From the NCBI GenBank assembly GCA_022827785.1, contig JAJEIM010000039.1:18315-82314 (forward strand): 64,000 nt of DNA. The letters run 5' to 3'. The notes beneath the pieces were generated by a model, which saw only the letters and a program-made list of their open reading frames with translations, did not search any database and was not told the origin of the DNA. Below are positions 63,257-64,000 of this stretch, piece after piece (positions within the stretch are counted from its first letter, which is position 1; the number at the start of each line of letters is the position of its first letter). This DNA comes from Acidimicrobiia bacterium. GTDB lineage: Bacteria > Actinomycetota > Acidimicrobiia > Spongiisociales > Spongiisociaceae. The position numbers were made by a program, and so were the translations under genes.

Positions 63257-64000
63257 ATGAACGTGATGAGGGAATGGATGTCCATGGTCGCGGTGCTCGC
63301 CGTCCTGGTCGGAGCATGTGGAGGAGACCCGGCGGAGACGGAACCCGGCACCGGAGCCACAGGCTCCACTGTCGATGCTGTCACCGATCCCACCGTGGAC
63401 GAGGCCGCCGGCAGCACGACCGCCGGGACGCAGGCCGGCGCCACCGGCAGCGGGAACGACCAGGAGGAGGGCGAACCCGAGACGCTGGAGGATTTCCTCG
63501 GGTTCGGATTCGATGATCCGGAAGGCAATGCGGCCTTCGCTGCGGACATGGAGCGTCGGGTCCAGGAGTCCATCGCCTCCTGCATGGCACAGGAAGGGTT
63601 CGAGTACATCCCGGCCGTCCGGCCGCAGGGTCTCGGCTTCGTCGCCTCAGACCAGGAGGAGTTCGCCCGGGAGCGGGGGTTCGGGATCACGACCTGGTTC
63701 GGCGAGGAGGATCTCTTCTCGTCCGGGGATGAGGACTGGGTGGATCCGAACGCCGAGATCGTCGCGTCGCTCTCGGAGTCGGAGCGGGATGCTTACCGAG
63801 AGGTGCTCTATGGAGAGAGCACATTCGGCGATCCCGGCGCGTCCGGAGACGTCGAGTCGGTCGGCGATCTGTGGGGAAGCGGTTGCAACGGGAAGGCCTA
63901 CGAGGAGGTCTTCGGAGCGATGAACGCAGTCTTCATCGAACTCGGGCCCCAGCTGGAGGAACTCAACCAGCGGGTTGAGGCCGATCCCCGTTTCCGGGAG
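63257..64000 (+). CDS. Lipoprotein of unknown function, N-terminal part (runs off the 3' edge)
   Basis: Not in the ORF track because no stop lies in the window. I read the frame from the ATG at 63257 to 64000 (248 codons) with no stop. It has a signal peptide with lipobox (MVAVLAVLVGACGG), a Thr/Gly/Ala-rich linker, then an acidic domain. Confidence 0.6.
   Translation, partial: MNVMREWMSMVAVLAVLVGACGGDPAETEPGTGATGSTVDAVTDPTVDEAAGSTTAGTQAGATGSGNDQEEGEPETLEDFLGFGFDDPEGNAAFAADMERRVQESIASCMAQEGFEYIPAVRPQGLGFVASDQEEFARERGFGITTWFGEEDLFSSGDEDWVDPNAEIVASLSESERDAYREVLYGESTFGDPGASGDVESVGDLWGSGCNGKAYEEVFGAMNAVFIELGPQLEELNQRVEADPRFRE

Noticed and set aside
1-64000. Scanned for CRISPR arrays, IS elements or inverted terminal repeats, integrases next to the tRNA-Thr gene, toxin-antitoxin pairs, restriction-modification systems or other defence islands.
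   Set aside because: No regularly spaced direct repeats were seen, and no transposase, integrase or recombinase-like ORFs. The genes flanking tRNA-Thr are plsC and sigH (core genes). GC content and coding density look uniform apart from short promoter regions.

Overview
High-GC (roughly 70%) actinobacterial-type chromosomal segment, densely packed with housekeeping genes. Gene order and families (tilS-hpt-ftsH-folE-folP-folB-folK, a ZAS anti-sigma partner, an F420-type LLM oxidoreductase) fit Actinobacteria, possibly Acidimicrobiia; that placement is inference only. Content, in order: the NADH dehydrogenase I operon from the 3' end of nuoD to nuoN (nuoE and nuoF fused into one ORF), a bactofilin-like membrane protein, topA, an MFS transporter, tmk-holB, an O-methyltransferase, an RCK-gated channel, plsC, tRNA-Thr(CGU), a sigH/anti-sigma pair, and the tilS-to-folK cluster. 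Then come xpt, nth, efflux pumps, an archaeal-type (type II) GAPDH homologue, two SLH-repeat envelope proteins, rimO-cinA-thpR-recA, SURF1, YbaK/Trm112/HIT, two orphan solute-binding lipoproteins, rnhB, sulfur amino acid and acyl-CoA enzymes, msrA, and a partial lipoprotein at the 3' edge. I found no CRISPR array, transposase, integrase, prophage or recognisable defence island. The most interesting signals are small and mostly non-coding. (1) A TGTCA-N11-TAnnnT promoter motif, matching the mycobacterial LexA-independent RecA-NDp DNA-damage promoter, occurs three times, always intergenic and on the plus strand: before recA, before a tail-less SSB paralogue, and in an otherwise empty 357-bp spacer. 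In the spacer it is followed by a plus-strand terminator-like hairpin, which suggests an unannotated ~180-nt damage-inducible transcript. (2) A TATAAT plus LexA box lies 280 nt upstream of recA and is followed by a 33-codon hydrophobic ORF. (3) A 23-codon relic of the clpC N-terminus is translationally coupled (ATGA) to folB. Other notable features are a catalytically degenerate phosphatase-fold gene inside the folate operon and an Arg/Gly-rich TPR protein where recX usually sits. An MFS gene has its N-terminus lacking any ATG/GTG/TTG start, behind a repeat- and hairpin-rich leader. All calls come from reading the sequence and the ORF translations; no database search was run.
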